The notes under the pieces are model-generated. The model did not search any database and was not told the DNA's origin. It worked only from the letters and a program-made list of their open reading frames with translations. The position numbers and the translations under genes are program-made. 41,239 bases of DNA, from positions 1 through 41,239 of the IMG/VR virus record IMGVR_UViG_3300007513_000081, one strand, 5' to 3'. Every line of letters starts with the position of its first letter. Position 1 is the stretch's first letter. This DNA comes from a virus (taxonomy: Duplodnaviria; Caudoviricetes). This document shows, piece after piece, positions 1 to 11,200 of the stretch.

Positions 1-644
1 CCGTCACCAGTGCGACTTCCATCCCACTCTGTAGAGATGTTATCTAACTTTGAACCATCTCCGTAAAAGGCAGAAGCAGATACGTTGATGGAGGCAGAGA
101 GGTTTCCAACAACAGAGAGTGCCCCGGTAGTAATTGTTCCGAGTGCAGTGATTTGAGTTTGCGAAGCATCAATGCTCAAACTGTCACCAGTTAAAGTAAT
201 GCCTGTTCCAGCTGTCAAGTTGGTGTGGGAACTAATGTCGATGGAACTGAGTGTCGATATGGAACCGAGTCCCAATGTTGTTCTGGCTGCTGCTGCGTTG
301 GCATCATCAACCAAAGTTGCACCGAATGTAGAGATGGTTGTATTGTCTGCAAGTGATAATGTTTTGCCGTCAACATAGAGGGAGGCTGCGTGAAACTCTG
401 AACCCGAAATGTTAATGGAGGAGGATAAGTTTCCAGCAATATTTACTGTTCCGGTAAAGGTATGTGTATCGTCAGAGGAGTCACCGAACTCTGTGGAACC
501 TGCATTGTGTACCTTCATTGATTGGATTTTTGTTTCTATATATTCAAAAGATCCAGTTACTGCATGTACTTTATTCCATCGTTTGTTTGATTTCCCTAAC
601 TCTCCTTCACCATCTGCTCTTGGTACTATGTTTTTTGTAGCCAT
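1..644 (-). CDS. Tail fibre / virion structural protein, 5' part (runs off the window; not in ORF track)
   Basis: Manual translation from ATG at 644 (GGAGGA RBS at ~652-657): MATKNIVPRADGEGELGKSNKRW...GSTEFGDSSDDTHTFTG...LVDDANAAAARTTLGLG...SASAFYGDGSKLDN. The frame is open to base 1, G/S/T-rich, with fibre-type motifs. Confidence 0.8.
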   Translation of the reverse strand, partial: MATKNIVPRADGEGELGKSNKRWNKVHAVTGSFEYIETKIQSMKVHNAGSTEFGDSSDDTHTFTGTVNIAGNLSSSINISGSEFHAASLYVDGKTLSLADNTTISTFGATLVDDANAAAARTTLGLGSISTLSSIDISSHTNLTAGTGITLTGDSLSIDASQTQITALGTITTGALSVVGNLSASINVSASAFYGDGSKLDNISTEWDGSRTGD

Positions 645-663
645 CTATAAGTCCTCCAAATCA

Positions 664-3600
664 CTACGATTTCTTTAATGCAAACCCGAATTTTACTTTC
701 TTTTCGGGAATCACTTCTCTTTCGCACTCAACATTGTTAGATACGACATCGGTTGATTCTATTAATAAGTAATCGCCAGAACCAAAAGTTGTCTCTTTTA
801 CTGCGTAATCAACCGCATTTATATTGTCAGAAAGTTGCTCTATATTGTCCACAACCAAGATTGCTGCCTTGTCTCTATTCTTCTTGTAAGTATTGCTCAT
901 AGAGTCGAACAAGTTCTGTCTTACAGTGGATGCTCCATCCTCTATAGTTGCAATCGATTTCTCTGCTCTCTCTGCCCACCATTGACAGTTCTGTGATTGT
1001 AGTTGTGAAACCGGGGCATGTCCTCTTGACCATGCGTACTTCATATCTCCTGCTCCCTTGCAGGGAGATGTTATTGATGCCATCCTTTCCTCTAGTGCAG
1101 GATACTGATGTTGGTATTTATTCCTCTCCATCACATGGCTCTCAATTGTGTTTGCATTTGAGTCTACCAAATCGGCAGAAAGAGGAATGAACTGTTTTAT
1201 AATCTCTGTTATAGAATCATCAATCCACTTATAATATTCTATAAAGTTTTCCACATCCGGTTCGTTGCCGATTTGTAAAAAGAACTCTTGACGGATTTTT
1301 GACAACTCCTTATAATTTGGTCTATACTTATTTACTGGTTCGCCTACCAGATTATTAAAATCTTTTATTGTTGAAACCATTTTCAACATCTCTTCGGAAA
1401 TTGATGAATACATACTTTTCTCTAGTGAGAAAAAGTATTCTTCTGGTGCTGCACCTCGTGAGAAAAACTCATCATCGTTTGATAACACCTTTACCATGTG
1501 ATCTCCATTCACAACTTCTGGAAGATTCTTTTTTGCTATGGAGAGATATTCTTTATTTACAACTTTCGAACTATTTGGCGGGAAGCCGAAGGCAGTGCCG
1601 TCATGTTGTGCTGTCATGGAATCTCCAAGTCTGGATAATGCGGGGAAAATTTCATCAGACACCACATCCCACAATTGATCAGATTCTGAAATGGATAGGG
1701 GCATTATGTCGTTTCCACTTATCTCGAAAACGATATCGGTGCCGGAAGGAGATCCGTCAATTGGAGTTAATTCTTGTAAAGTCGTGTCAAACATATAAGA
1801 TTTTGCATATGCAGACAACCCCAAGGAACCAGATGATAAGTCTGTCACAACAAAGTTGCCGTTGGCATCTGATGATTTTATGTTATCAAAATCCCAATAT
1901 AAAATAAGAGAATCTGTTTTTCTCTTTCTCTCATGATCGTCAATCCTGGTTTCTTTTGTTGCTAATCTGGGCCCATAGATCGTTGGATCTCTAGAGTGAT
2001 CATTTATTTCCGAGTTGTCAAGGTAGGCGTCCCAATATCTTACCGATGATATGAGAGCATCCGATCTGTGTAAGATGGATCCATTATTATTTGTTCTTTT
2101 GGCACCAACATAAATTCTCCTATCGGCAGAAAGATATTTACTACCCTGTGCGGTTGTTAAGTCGGCAGATAAAGAAAACTCGTTCTTCTTTGAATCATAG
2201 TTGTTATTAACCCCATAAAATTCAACAACATAATCAGAAGAACTGCCAGAAACAAAATTAGCATATGGGTACTTTTTAGGTTTAATCCTAAAAGCAAGAT
2301 TCCATTTTTCGTTGTCATAAACTCCTCGATATGTTGATGACTTCAAGTCAATCCCAAAAAGTGAAGATGTCAATTGAAAATAAGCATTAGGGCTATTCAA
2401 TTTATCTCTTACCGCATAAGCAGAAAAGTCAACATTATCAGACAACCAATCGGCAGACCCAGGCGCTGTGGCATCGGCAGAGTTCACTCCCATTAGAGAA
2501 ACTTTATCAAATGGGGACTCAAAGAAAAAAGAGTATTTAGAATCTACTTTTTTGGGAAAAATGAACTCAGCCTGAAAGGTGTTTGCGTCATAGATGTTAG
2601 ATTTGCTCCCGGATAAAAAAGATCTCTGATCGAGATTGGCACTCGATGTCATTTGATAGATGGTTGCTCCAAATCGATCTGGATAGTTAAAATCTGCATA
2701 TCTTTTTGAAATTGCCTTTTGGTTATAATTCTCATCAAAAGTGAAAGTAGAATTATTTGAATACATGTTTAATTTCAGCAGATCTTCATTTATTCCGAAA
2801 CATCTAGTTAAATTCCTAACTGACTTGCTTGTTCCTTTGGATTTAAAGAGATATGTCAAGTTATTGTAGATATTTTGATAAATCATGTTTTTAGTAGTGT
2901 TTAGTTTCTCCTCATACACTACCTTCTCAGATCGATCATCTATATACTCAAGCAATTTAGAGTCAACAAATAACTCTGGCATTTCCAGTCCTTGGCTCGA
3001 TAAAAGATGTTTTCCAAATGGATAAACTTCTTCACTGCCACTTGGATAAACTTGGTGCTTTATTTCTGGCAATGCCTTTACTTGAAGGTGTAGTTCGTCA
3101 AAATACTTTGATACAATTTGAGTTAAATATTCCAAATCAGAATCGTCTTCATCGACAATCCACGAAGGTAGGGACTTAAAAAGATTCGCATTATTTTGTC
3201 CGTCGTAAATAGAACCAGATTTTTCAAGCCTTGTCTTCAGTGCAGATACATCTGGGTGAGAGGAGTACATAATCGGATCTTTTGGTTCTAAATTCAAAAT
3301 TCCAGACTCTTCATAAGCAGATGTGGACTTTCTCGATGACGATGTATACCCCGTCCACTGTCCAATGGTGGTTCTCCCAGAATAATCTAAAACCTTTCTA
3401 TCAAATGACGACACCGAAGAAGTATTATAGATACCTTCGTTAAACTTATAATAAACAGTAAGATCAGTCCCACTTTCAGTATCTGAGTTTGATCCTCCGT
3501 TAATCGGTGCTCTCCAACTTTCACCTACTTGTTTTTTTGTTCTCGATTTTTTCCAAAACCTAAAGTCATCCAAAGAACCTGATAATTTTGCAAACCCTTT

Positions 3601-4566
3601 TGAGCCGTGAGTTCCATATACAGATGTTATCATCGAACCCACATGCCCCTGGGTTTGTCCTGCGAAATTGGTTATGACAGAACCAGTAGTAACACTATTT
3701 GCTACTTTGCCATCGACAAATAATTCTACCCCCAAGTTGCTTCCTTGGTTTTTTGCAGTGATTGCATAGTGGTGCCACTTGTTGTCTGATAATGTTATGC
3801 CTGTTACAAGTGGGACGTAATCCGATCCAGCACTTCCAGATTTTATCTCCGCAACGATCTTGTTTTCATTTCCTGAGATTCCTGGCTGAATCTCTATTCG
3901 AAATCGGCAATATCCATGTTGTCCGTGGGCAACATTGTTCCACAAATCAAGAACTACCTGTTTGTCAGATTCATTCCCTGACGAGAAGGCATCCTTTTTC
4001 AACCAAAACTCAGCAGTAGTTCCGTTTTCTCCGGTGAACGAAAGGTTGTTCTCCTGATTGTACGAGGAGTCGAGAACATTTGATTTATCGAAATTGTTGT
4101 GTAGGGGCGAAGAACCTACAGAAAGTGAACCAGTGTTGGGCCCACCGGAGAAGGAGATATATTCTCTGTTGTTAGTATCATAGTATCCACTACTTGCAGC
4201 TGCTGCTTTGCGGGAATATCCTTCACCGAAGAGAATGTGTCCAGTGGATTTCGGATACTCATTTTGCAATAAGTATGTGTCAAGATAAGATGCTGAAAGT
4301 TCCCATTGGAGTTTTTCTTTTTGAGATCCATCAAACGGATAATACCCATAAATGTTTAATAAAGATTCTTCATAATATTTCTTTGCCGAACCGTAAAAGG
4401 AGAAGTTTTTTGGATCAGAGTAGTCAACTCTTGGAATAAATTTGTTATCTACCGATACTTTGCTGCGGAGAAGATCCGCACTTTCAAGATCATCCTTCAC
4501 CTGCTCTAAATTTTTAGAAGGTATTGGTTTTAAACTTTTTTTTCCAAATAGTGCTTTTAATGCCAT
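664..4566 (-). CDS. Large virion/baseplate protein with LamG (concanavalin A-like) domains
   Basis: 1300 aa. LamG signatures AEFWLK, DNKWHHYAIT, LFVDG, GSLDDFRFW, YYKFNEG, plus a second LamG-like unit (EKWNLAF...SVRYW). YLFKSKGTSKSVRNL resembles the KGT motif of baseplate wedge proteins. Lies in the baseplate operon. Confidence 0.7.
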   Translation of the reverse strand: MALKALFGKKSLKPIPSKNLEQVKDDLESADLLRSKVSVDNKFIPRVDYSDPKNFSFYGSAKKYYEESLLNIYGYYPFDGSQKEKLQWELSASYLDTYLLQNEYPKSTGHILFGEGYSRKAAAASSGYYDTNNREYISFSGGPNTGSLSVGSSPLHNNFDKSNVLDSSYNQENNLSFTGENGTTAEFWLKKDAFSSGNESDKQVVLDLWNNVAHGQHGYCRFRIEIQPGISGNENKIVAEIKSGSAGSDYVPLVTGITLSDNKWHHYAITAKNQGSNLGVELFVDGKVANSVTTGSVITNFAGQTQGHVGSMITSVYGTHGSKGFAKLSGSLDDFRFWKKSRTKKQVGESWRAPINGGSNSDTESGTDLTVYYKFNEGIYNTSSVSSFDRKVLDYSGRTTIGQWTGYTSSSRKSTSAYEESGILNLEPKDPIMYSSHPDVSALKTRLEKSGSIYDGQNNANLFKSLPSWIVDEDDSDLEYLTQIVSKYFDELHLQVKALPEIKHQVYPSGSEEVYPFGKHLLSSQGLEMPELFVDSKLLEYIDDRSEKVVYEEKLNTTKNMIYQNIYNNLTYLFKSKGTSKSVRNLTRCFGINEDLLKLNMYSNNSTFTFDENYNQKAISKRYADFNYPDRFGATIYQMTSSANLDQRSFLSGSKSNIYDANTFQAEFIFPKKVDSKYSFFFESPFDKVSLMGVNSADATAPGSADWLSDNVDFSAYAVRDKLNSPNAYFQLTSSLFGIDLKSSTYRGVYDNEKWNLAFRIKPKKYPYANFVSGSSSDYVVEFYGVNNNYDSKKNEFSLSADLTTAQGSKYLSADRRIYVGAKRTNNNGSILHRSDALISSVRYWDAYLDNSEINDHSRDPTIYGPRLATKETRIDDHERKRKTDSLILYWDFDNIKSSDANGNFVVTDLSSGSLGLSAYAKSYMFDTTLQELTPIDGSPSGTDIVFEISGNDIMPLSISESDQLWDVVSDEIFPALSRLGDSMTAQHDGTAFGFPPNSSKVVNKEYLSIAKKNLPEVVNGDHMVKVLSNDDEFFSRGAAPEEYFFSLEKSMYSSISEEMLKMVSTIKDFNNLVGEPVNKYRPNYKELSKIRQEFFLQIGNEPDVENFIEYYKWIDDSITEIIKQFIPLSADLVDSNANTIESHVMERNKYQHQYPALEERMASITSPCKGAGDMKYAWSRGHAPVSQLQSQNCQWWAERAEKSIATIEDGASTVRQNLFDSMSNTYKKNRDKAAILVVDNIEQLSDNINAVDYAVKETTFGSGDYLLIESTDVVSNNVECEREVIPEKKVKFGFALKKS

Positions 4567-6041
4567 TAATCAACCCTAAACTTGAATACTTCGGATTGCT
4601 CGTCGTAACGATCATTTATTTTGTAAACAAATTTTAGGGCATATGAGTAACCTGTTTCCAGCATTGACATATCAACATCAAAATAGTTTCCATCCCTATC
4701 GTATGACATCCTCGTGTGATTCAAACTTCCTGTGCCGTAATCAATAATAGTTTCATTATCCATCACTCGATAAATTTTCCAATAACCATCTTCCACTATT
4801 TTACTCTGGATGTTCGTGGTAGCTACGGTATAGATAGTGGGGTTCCAATCTCTGTCTCTGACGAATAATCTCATTCTTGCAATCTCTTCGTTGCTGTAAG
4901 TTGGTTTGAGGTTCGTAACATTAGAGACATGATCTCCAATCCCAACTTGAACATCAGCATCATAACTCAAAACAGTTATCTTGCTTCCAGTGACATATTG
5001 GGTTCCAGAGTTGTTGTGCCACACATCATACAAATAAGAAGAGGTGGTATCTAATGCAATCGATGCCGAATAAATGCCCGTGGAAACGTGTCCGCCAAGT
5101 ATAGATGTTGCAGTATTGTGGAGTGTCAAAGCATTTCCTGTTGGGGCAGATGTTGCTGCTTTATAGAGACTTGCATAAATATTCCCATTTCCTACTGCGG
5201 GGATGTCCCTTAGTTGTCCCCTGATTCTATTGTAGATGTACAGAGTATTTAAATTGTCTTCTGCTGGTGCAAGTGAGCTGCTGTTATAAAATGAATTCCT
5301 GCGATCTTTTATTGAAGAATCCCACCTCGCCTCTATTGTTGGTCTGCTGTAAAAATGCTGAGATCCTCTTCCGAAGAATCGTTTTGTGTAATAACTTCTT
5401 GTAGCTCCGTCTGTGTTGTGAATGTGCGATCCACTATTCAACCCAGAAGAGTTCGATAAGTAAGACTCATAGGAGGGAGCAAATTTTAAACCTATGCCAT
5501 CGTCTTGCTTTGTGCCTGCGATCCACTCTTCCACCAAGGAGGTTATATCAATTTCCACATCCTCCATCCCAGTATCATATGCTTTAGTGTAAGACGGGGA
5601 ACCATGATAATCTCCACCCTGTGTTGTCCATGGCGTTCCGGTGGAGGCACTCACCCAATTGGATACTCCAGTGTCCTCGTAGTCTTCCATGTCTAATCCC
5701 GTTCCCTCTGTCCACGAACGGGATACGGCAAGAATAGACATTTGACTATTTGCCGGGATGGTGTTTTTGTGCTCCGCATTGGTTAATTTTAAAATAAAAT
5801 TTACACTGCCACTCTTTGGAATTGAACCCGCAGTGCGATCCGTCGAGATAGTATTCGATGGAAATTTAACAAGAACCCTAGACAGTTCTGCGGAGGCAGA
5901 AGTTTGCTGACCGTAAATGGAAAACACCTCCAATATGTCGGAAGCTCCCATGTTTGACCCGGTGCCCCTTGTTTTGGTAGATATGCCAGCAGCATTTGTG
6001 ATTGTGTTGTCGGCCGTAGCGTAATACTTTTTAATAGACAT
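4566..6041 (-). CDS. Virion structural protein with DNRLRE/disaggregatase-like carbohydrate-binding domain
   Basis: 491 aa. ADNTI, RVLVKF, WTEGTG, PWTTQGGDY, DITSLVEEW and RPTIEARW fit a DNRLRE-like pattern. Translationally coupled to its baseplate neighbours. Confidence 0.6.
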   Translation of the reverse strand: MSIKKYYATADNTITNAAGISTKTRGTGSNMGASDILEVFSIYGQQTSASAELSRVLVKFPSNTISTDRTAGSIPKSGSVNFILKLTNAEHKNTIPANSQMSILAVSRSWTEGTGLDMEDYEDTGVSNWVSASTGTPWTTQGGDYHGSPSYTKAYDTGMEDVEIDITSLVEEWIAGTKQDDGIGLKFAPSYESYLSNSSGLNSGSHIHNTDGATRSYYTKRFFGRGSQHFYSRPTIEARWDSSIKDRRNSFYNSSSLAPAEDNLNTLYIYNRIRGQLRDIPAVGNGNIYASLYKAATSAPTGNALTLHNTATSILGGHVSTGIYSASIALDTTSSYLYDVWHNNSGTQYVTGSKITVLSYDADVQVGIGDHVSNVTNLKPTYSNEEIARMRLFVRDRDWNPTIYTVATTNIQSKIVEDGYWKIYRVMDNETIIDYGTGSLNHTRMSYDRDGNYFDVDMSMLETGYSYALKFVYKINDRYDEQSEVFKFRVD

Positions 6042-7834
6042 TATTTTATCGCTCCCTTAATATCAATATTGGGATACTTTATTTCATAAATAACATTCTT
6101 CGGGATGGCGATATATCTTCCATCTGGAGATAAATTATTATTTACATCAAAGGAGATGCTCGCATAATTGCCCCCAGTCTTCTTGTAGACTCCCACCTTG
6201 ATGACATCCACAACTCCCTCTGTTTCATTTAGGGTGTTATAAACATCCGTGATAAAAAAATCTTCTCCGACCTCGACGGTATATTTTGCAAACCTTGTTT
6301 TTATAGAAGAGATACATGCCTCCAGAACATCAGAAGAATCTTTTTGTGCGTCTGCGACTACCTCGAAGTCGATTCCGAGATTTAAAATTTTAGCATCAAG
6401 AATATCGATGGTATCGTTAATCATCTTATTCTTGCTTATCCAAGTCTTCAAATTTTGCTTTGTAGTTTTATTGCAAAAGGATAATTTTCCATTCTGATCC
6501 TCACTGATCACATAGAGATTCATGTTTCTTCTAAGTGAGTCTGCGTCTCTGTGGATAGCTGCTCTCTTGACGGCACCGAACTTGGATGGCATTGAATAAA
6601 CGGTGGCAACATAATCTTGTTGTGTTACTGCTCTGTTCTGGCCAGCGAAGGTACTCAATACTCTGTTCTTTAACTCTTCGACGGAAATCTCTTCCGTATC
6701 ACCCGTAACTGGTTCTTCGTTGACGCACTCGATTGATGATTTTACGAAGTCCAAAGTTGTTGCGTTTAAGGAAAGTTCATCTACAAATTCCAAATCTGCA
6801 TTCGTTACAGTTGTCATTGTGTTGCTTGCGACATTTACATTATCAATTGTATTTTGCCTATAGGTTATAGTAATAGTGGTGTTTGCTGGCGATATGCCAA
6901 AGTTATCACTCTGCACCAATTTAGTTGGATCAATGACTTGATCTGTTATGTGTGATTTTCCATGAACCTTTAACGAAACATTTTTAGGGTCTAAAGACAC
7001 ATCCGTATCATAATCTTCTTCTTTGCCAGAGCCAAATTGTATTTCTACTTTATTTGGAAAAATGTCCGTCGTAAATCTCCGCGACGCGACGAATGGTTTT
7101 AGCAGCATGTTTGCCTGATATTGTGTAGAGGAATCTCTATTGGTAACAGAACGATAAACAGTATTTTGAGATAAATAATCCACTTCATAGTAATCGTGTC
7201 CTTCGGTATCGATGATAGAAGTTATCTCACTAACATTCACCAGATCCAAACTAAGTTTTGTAAATCTCTTAAATCCCCCGATAGCTATATCTGTAGATTT
7301 CAAAACACCAGACACCACCGCTCCATATGACTTTATAGCATAATACGTTGGAGTTCCTGTAGTTTCATTCACTCTCGCAACGACTGTCGGTTGGTTAGTG
7401 AAAACAACGTCATCTTCCAAAACGAAGACTGCACCATTGTCAGCAGAAAATTCCGATCCTTGTTTCAGAGTGGGGATGTACCTTGCGTCTGGGGCGGTGC
7501 CAGCTGAATCAGCTGGGACAAGAACAAAAAATGATGCTATTGTGTTGGAAGATGGATTGTTTCTGTGCCTATATCCCGACTGCTTGGCAAGACGTAACAC
7601 GTTGTCAAACTCCGCTGCGTTTTGAATAAAAGTTTCATTTGCTTGGAAGTCCAAATAAAAAGAAAGAACGTCGCCAATATAGGAAACCGAATCCAACATC
7701 AGGGAGCCAAAACCAGATTCATTAAAATCTTTAAAGGTTGTTGGGTAGTATCTTTTAGCATGTTCGACTAAATCATTCCTGATTGTCTCATAACTTCTGC
7801 TTGTGTATTTTATAGGAACATTCTTTTTTGGCAT
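6041..7834 (-). CDS. Baseplate wedge subunit (T4 gp6 / baseplate J-like)
   Basis: 597 aa. YTSRSYETIRNDL, FKDFNESGFG, YIGDVLSFYLD, YEVDYLSQ, IQFGSG and QNRAVTQQDY are typical gp6-family motifs. Directly follows the gp25-like gene. Confidence 0.9.
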   Translation of the reverse strand: MPKKNVPIKYTSRSYETIRNDLVEHAKRYYPTTFKDFNESGFGSLMLDSVSYIGDVLSFYLDFQANETFIQNAAEFDNVLRLAKQSGYRHRNNPSSNTIASFFVLVPADSAGTAPDARYIPTLKQGSEFSADNGAVFVLEDDVVFTNQPTVVARVNETTGTPTYYAIKSYGAVVSGVLKSTDIAIGGFKRFTKLSLDLVNVSEITSIIDTEGHDYYEVDYLSQNTVYRSVTNRDSSTQYQANMLLKPFVASRRFTTDIFPNKVEIQFGSGKEEDYDTDVSLDPKNVSLKVHGKSHITDQVIDPTKLVQSDNFGISPANTTITITYRQNTIDNVNVASNTMTTVTNADLEFVDELSLNATTLDFVKSSIECVNEEPVTGDTEEISVEELKNRVLSTFAGQNRAVTQQDYVATVYSMPSKFGAVKRAAIHRDADSLRRNMNLYVISEDQNGKLSFCNKTTKQNLKTWISKNKMINDTIDILDAKILNLGIDFEVVADAQKDSSDVLEACISSIKTRFAKYTVEVGEDFFITDVYNTLNETEGVVDVIKVGVYKKTGGNYASISFDVNNNLSPDGRYIAIPKNVIYEIKYPNIDIKGAIK

Positions 7835-7849
7835 CTGTAACCCTCAAAA

Positions 7850-7857
7850 TAAATAGT
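7850..7857 (-). promoter_or_regulatory. Candidate phage late promoter ACTATTTA upstream of gp6-like gene
   Basis: Sits in the short intergenic gap, 15 nt before the ATG. Identical or one-mismatch copies precede five other gene starts. Confidence 0.55.
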
Positions 7858-7869
7858 TTTCTTATTGTT

Positions 7870-8283
7870 TTATACTAAAAACTTTGGTCCTCCGGTGGAG
7901 GTGTCCGTTTTTGTACCAACAGATATTTCATCCTCAACACTCAAACTTGGTATAGTATATTTCAAAGTAACCCGAAGTATGTGTTCATCCTCACCAGTGA
8001 TTACAACATCTGTTAGATCTATAAAGGGTGCGTAACGGGAGACTTGTTGGTGGATGTCTCCTTTCAACTGGTGCTCAAATGTTCCGAACTGTTCGAATAA
8101 ATAAGTTGAAAAACCGACACCGAAGTCTGGGTCCATGGCTCTCTCTCCCGGTATTGTCAGTAGAATGTTTTTTAAATTTTGTTTTACCAAATCCTCCATA
8201 TTTCTTATGTAATCATAATCAAAGGATTTGCCCCTAGAGAGGGGTAGACGCGGAGTATAAAATTTATCTAATCTATTCGTCAT
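7870..8283 (-). CDS. Baseplate wedge subunit gp25-like (GPW/gp25 family)
   Basis: 137 aa. VKQNLKNILLTIPGERAMDPDFGVG is the gp25/GPW signature. Confidence 0.92.
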   Translation of the reverse strand: MTNRLDKFYTPRLPLSRGKSFDYDYIRNMEDLVKQNLKNILLTIPGERAMDPDFGVGFSTYLFEQFGTFEHQLKGDIHQQVSRYAPFIDLTDVVITGEDEHILRVTLKYTIPSLSVEDEISVGTKTDTSTGGPKFLV

Positions 8284-8292
8284 TGTTTAACC

Positions 8293-11200
8293 TCAACAGT
8301 TTGCTTTTCCATATCCACCGACATCAACGGGATCGGGCCCGAGCGGGGCACATCCATCATCTTCGTCGTCACCAGAGGAGACTGAGTTTGCCGATGGTAT
8401 CGGTGTTGTCTCTCCCGGCAAACACAATGGAACGTCTTTGTCTAAGTCCAGTCCTGCATTTTTTAGTGCATTTTTAGAATTTTCATCGTTCATCATTATC
8501 GGCAGCCACCACGATGCCATTAACATAAGCAATGGATCAACTACTAAATAGTATATTAGTCCATATGGTGACGGCATATATGGTGGCAGACTGACAAGGA
8601 GTGGGGCATAAGTGACTCCAGCTGCGACCAGTTGGGTGAATCCTGGGAAGGCAATCTTGATTCCTGGAAGAGTCGGCAGGGTGACTTCCGAACATTCTAC
8701 CGGATCTGTAAATGGTATTTCTATTTTTTGGGTTTCTAGCTTTGGTATTAAAAATCCGGCATTACCTAAATCGACAACTGTTTGCGTGATTAAGCAATGT
8801 GGATCTGCTGTCTTTACCCAACCCTTGTAGATGTGCAAAGGAGTCATAAGTATCATCAGCAACAAAGAGGGATTCCACAAATCATCCAAGTTTGTGTTGC
8901 CCATGTTGTACATGCTTTTTGCTAAGCTATTTTGGTTACAGGATATCGCACTATTAAAATAGTCAGATCCGTTTTGGGCATTGAAGAGGTAATTTTCTAA
9001 CCTTCTCTTTGTCACATCAAACATTCTCAACAAATCTCTCGTGCTATTGGCAAGATACGCATAGGTAGAAACAACAGAGGAAATACTTTGCAAGTCAAAA
9101 CAGTACTCGAACATAATCCTGAAATCGTCTGAATCTCTCAATTCTTGCATGAGGTGTGAAAAGATCTTTTTGGAAACACCCGAAGTGAGTCCACCAAGTT
9201 CTTCTATCCCGGAAATGTCGGAGCCTTGCATGATCTCATGGACGTGTTCTGTCTCTTCAATCCCTGGAACATATTCGTGCTTCAAAATTCTAAAATTTCT
9301 TATTTCATGTTCGTGTTCTCGTTTCCCTATTCCTTCGAAATCTCCAAAAAGAGTTGTCGTAAATCCATTGCCATTCTCGTCGATGGAATATTCGTGGTAG
9401 TGGTTGAAGGAGCTACCGTTTTTCATTTTACCGGGCCCAGTTACTCCCTGTGGTTCGAAACATTCTTTTGACGTTTTTAAATCTCTGTCTATCCCCAACA
9501 AGTCTAATAGTTCATCTGCGTCGATGGAGAAATCTGCGATGGGGTGAACAAACAGTGTCCTTTCTCTAAATGTAGCTCGTACATCTTTCAATTTTTCTTC
9601 CTTGAAGATCAGACTGCCATCCGATCTTCTCATTTTTCTGCCTTTGCTGTCTATTTTGGGGACTTTTGCTTTGCCGAAGTCACGCGTATCAAAATTGCCA
9701 GATTCGAAATCGTCCAGAAATCCACCATCCTTTACAGAATAGAGGTATTCATTTTTTCCTGGGGTATTCAAATTCATCAATGGCCCTACATCCACATCTT
9801 CATTTAGTGGTGTCTTTTTGTTTCTTTCTGGTAGTTCCACATAGACTAGCCTAATTCCATATTGCTCTACCTTCTCGTCCAACAAATGATTCGAACTATC
9901 CAGATTAACATCCTTGTTGGAGATTTTTGTCATTATCTTTCCATCACTACTTTTAACATATCTTTCAAGATAAAGTTGCCCTTTAGAGAAGAAGTCAATT
10001 CTATTCTTGTCTTTAAACCTCTCGTTCTTTTTTACAAGTTCGTTGTTCAAAAACTCTTTTCTCTTTTTTTGCCGTTCCTTAAATTCTTTTCTCTTGCTGC
10101 TAAGAATTTTAGATTCTTTAGCATTATCACTAAGGTATGGATTATCTAAGTCCTTCGTCTGCAATCTTGTAATGATCTTGTTTGTATTATTTATGTACTT
10201 CTGGGCCGTCCTAATTGCTTTTTTTGTTTTTCGCAAACTCTTTCTTTGTCCTGAATTGAGTCCAAGAGAAATCTTGGAAAACCTATCTTCTCGGACATCG
10301 ATCACATCAATGTTGTCAAGCAAAATATTCTTAAGCTCAAGTCCGGGTTTTGGGGACACTTCTTCTGAATCGGAAGAGGGATCTGAATCTTTATCGTTTT
10401 CTTCTGAATCTTCTGAACACTCCTTTAACACTACTTGCTTTATTTTCTCTAAAGCAAAAGCAAACTCTTTTTTCAAGATTGGGGCAAAGGCTTCTTCGTA
10501 TGTCTCGGCGATTGGTTCGTCCAACATGCCATGTTCGGATTTTAAGTTTTGCATCTCCAAGCAGTTATCTTTAAACTCCTTATAGTACCCTGGTCTTTTT
10601 ATCATGTCATTTCTTATTTTTTGCATCAAGACAGTCTCTATCAACGGGGTGAGTTCTGTATCAAACTCCACCATTGGGAATATTGCTTGTAAAATGAACT
10701 CTATAGAATAAAGTCTGGCAATCATGTTTGGATGAGCTGCTCTTAGGGCAAGGGATAGTGGTGTTTTGTAGGCTCTTTTGCCGTCGATGTTTACCTCTCC
10801 TATTTTGCAGTCTGTGAAAAATTTATAATCTTCTTTAATCTGGTTTACGAAAGAAAGGAAGTCCATAATCCTCGGATCTATCCCTCTTTGCTTGTGGGGC
10901 TTCGACTGAGTTGGGTTTACGTCAACAAACTGAATGCCTATTGCGGATTTGTTTGTTGTGTTATTTTTAGTGCCCTCGATTTCCGTTAGCAAAGGAGTGT
11001 TAGAAACTTCTTGTGCCAACAAGATTAAAGTTTTACGCATTATGTCATCATAGGTCGATTCCATCATATCGTCTTCGTCGTTGTCATCAACCGAGTCCTT
11101 TAGGTCAGACTTTACGAGATCTGTGTTCTTGTCCTCTTCTGTCCAGTTATAATAACTTTGCCATTTTTGAGAAATCAAGTGGGCAAAAAGATTTTCTTGT

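Noticed and set aside
8545-8552. ACTATTTA copy inside the 2425-aa gene
   Set aside because: It is coding (Tyr-Tyr-Leu) and ~260 nt from the next start, so it may be chance.
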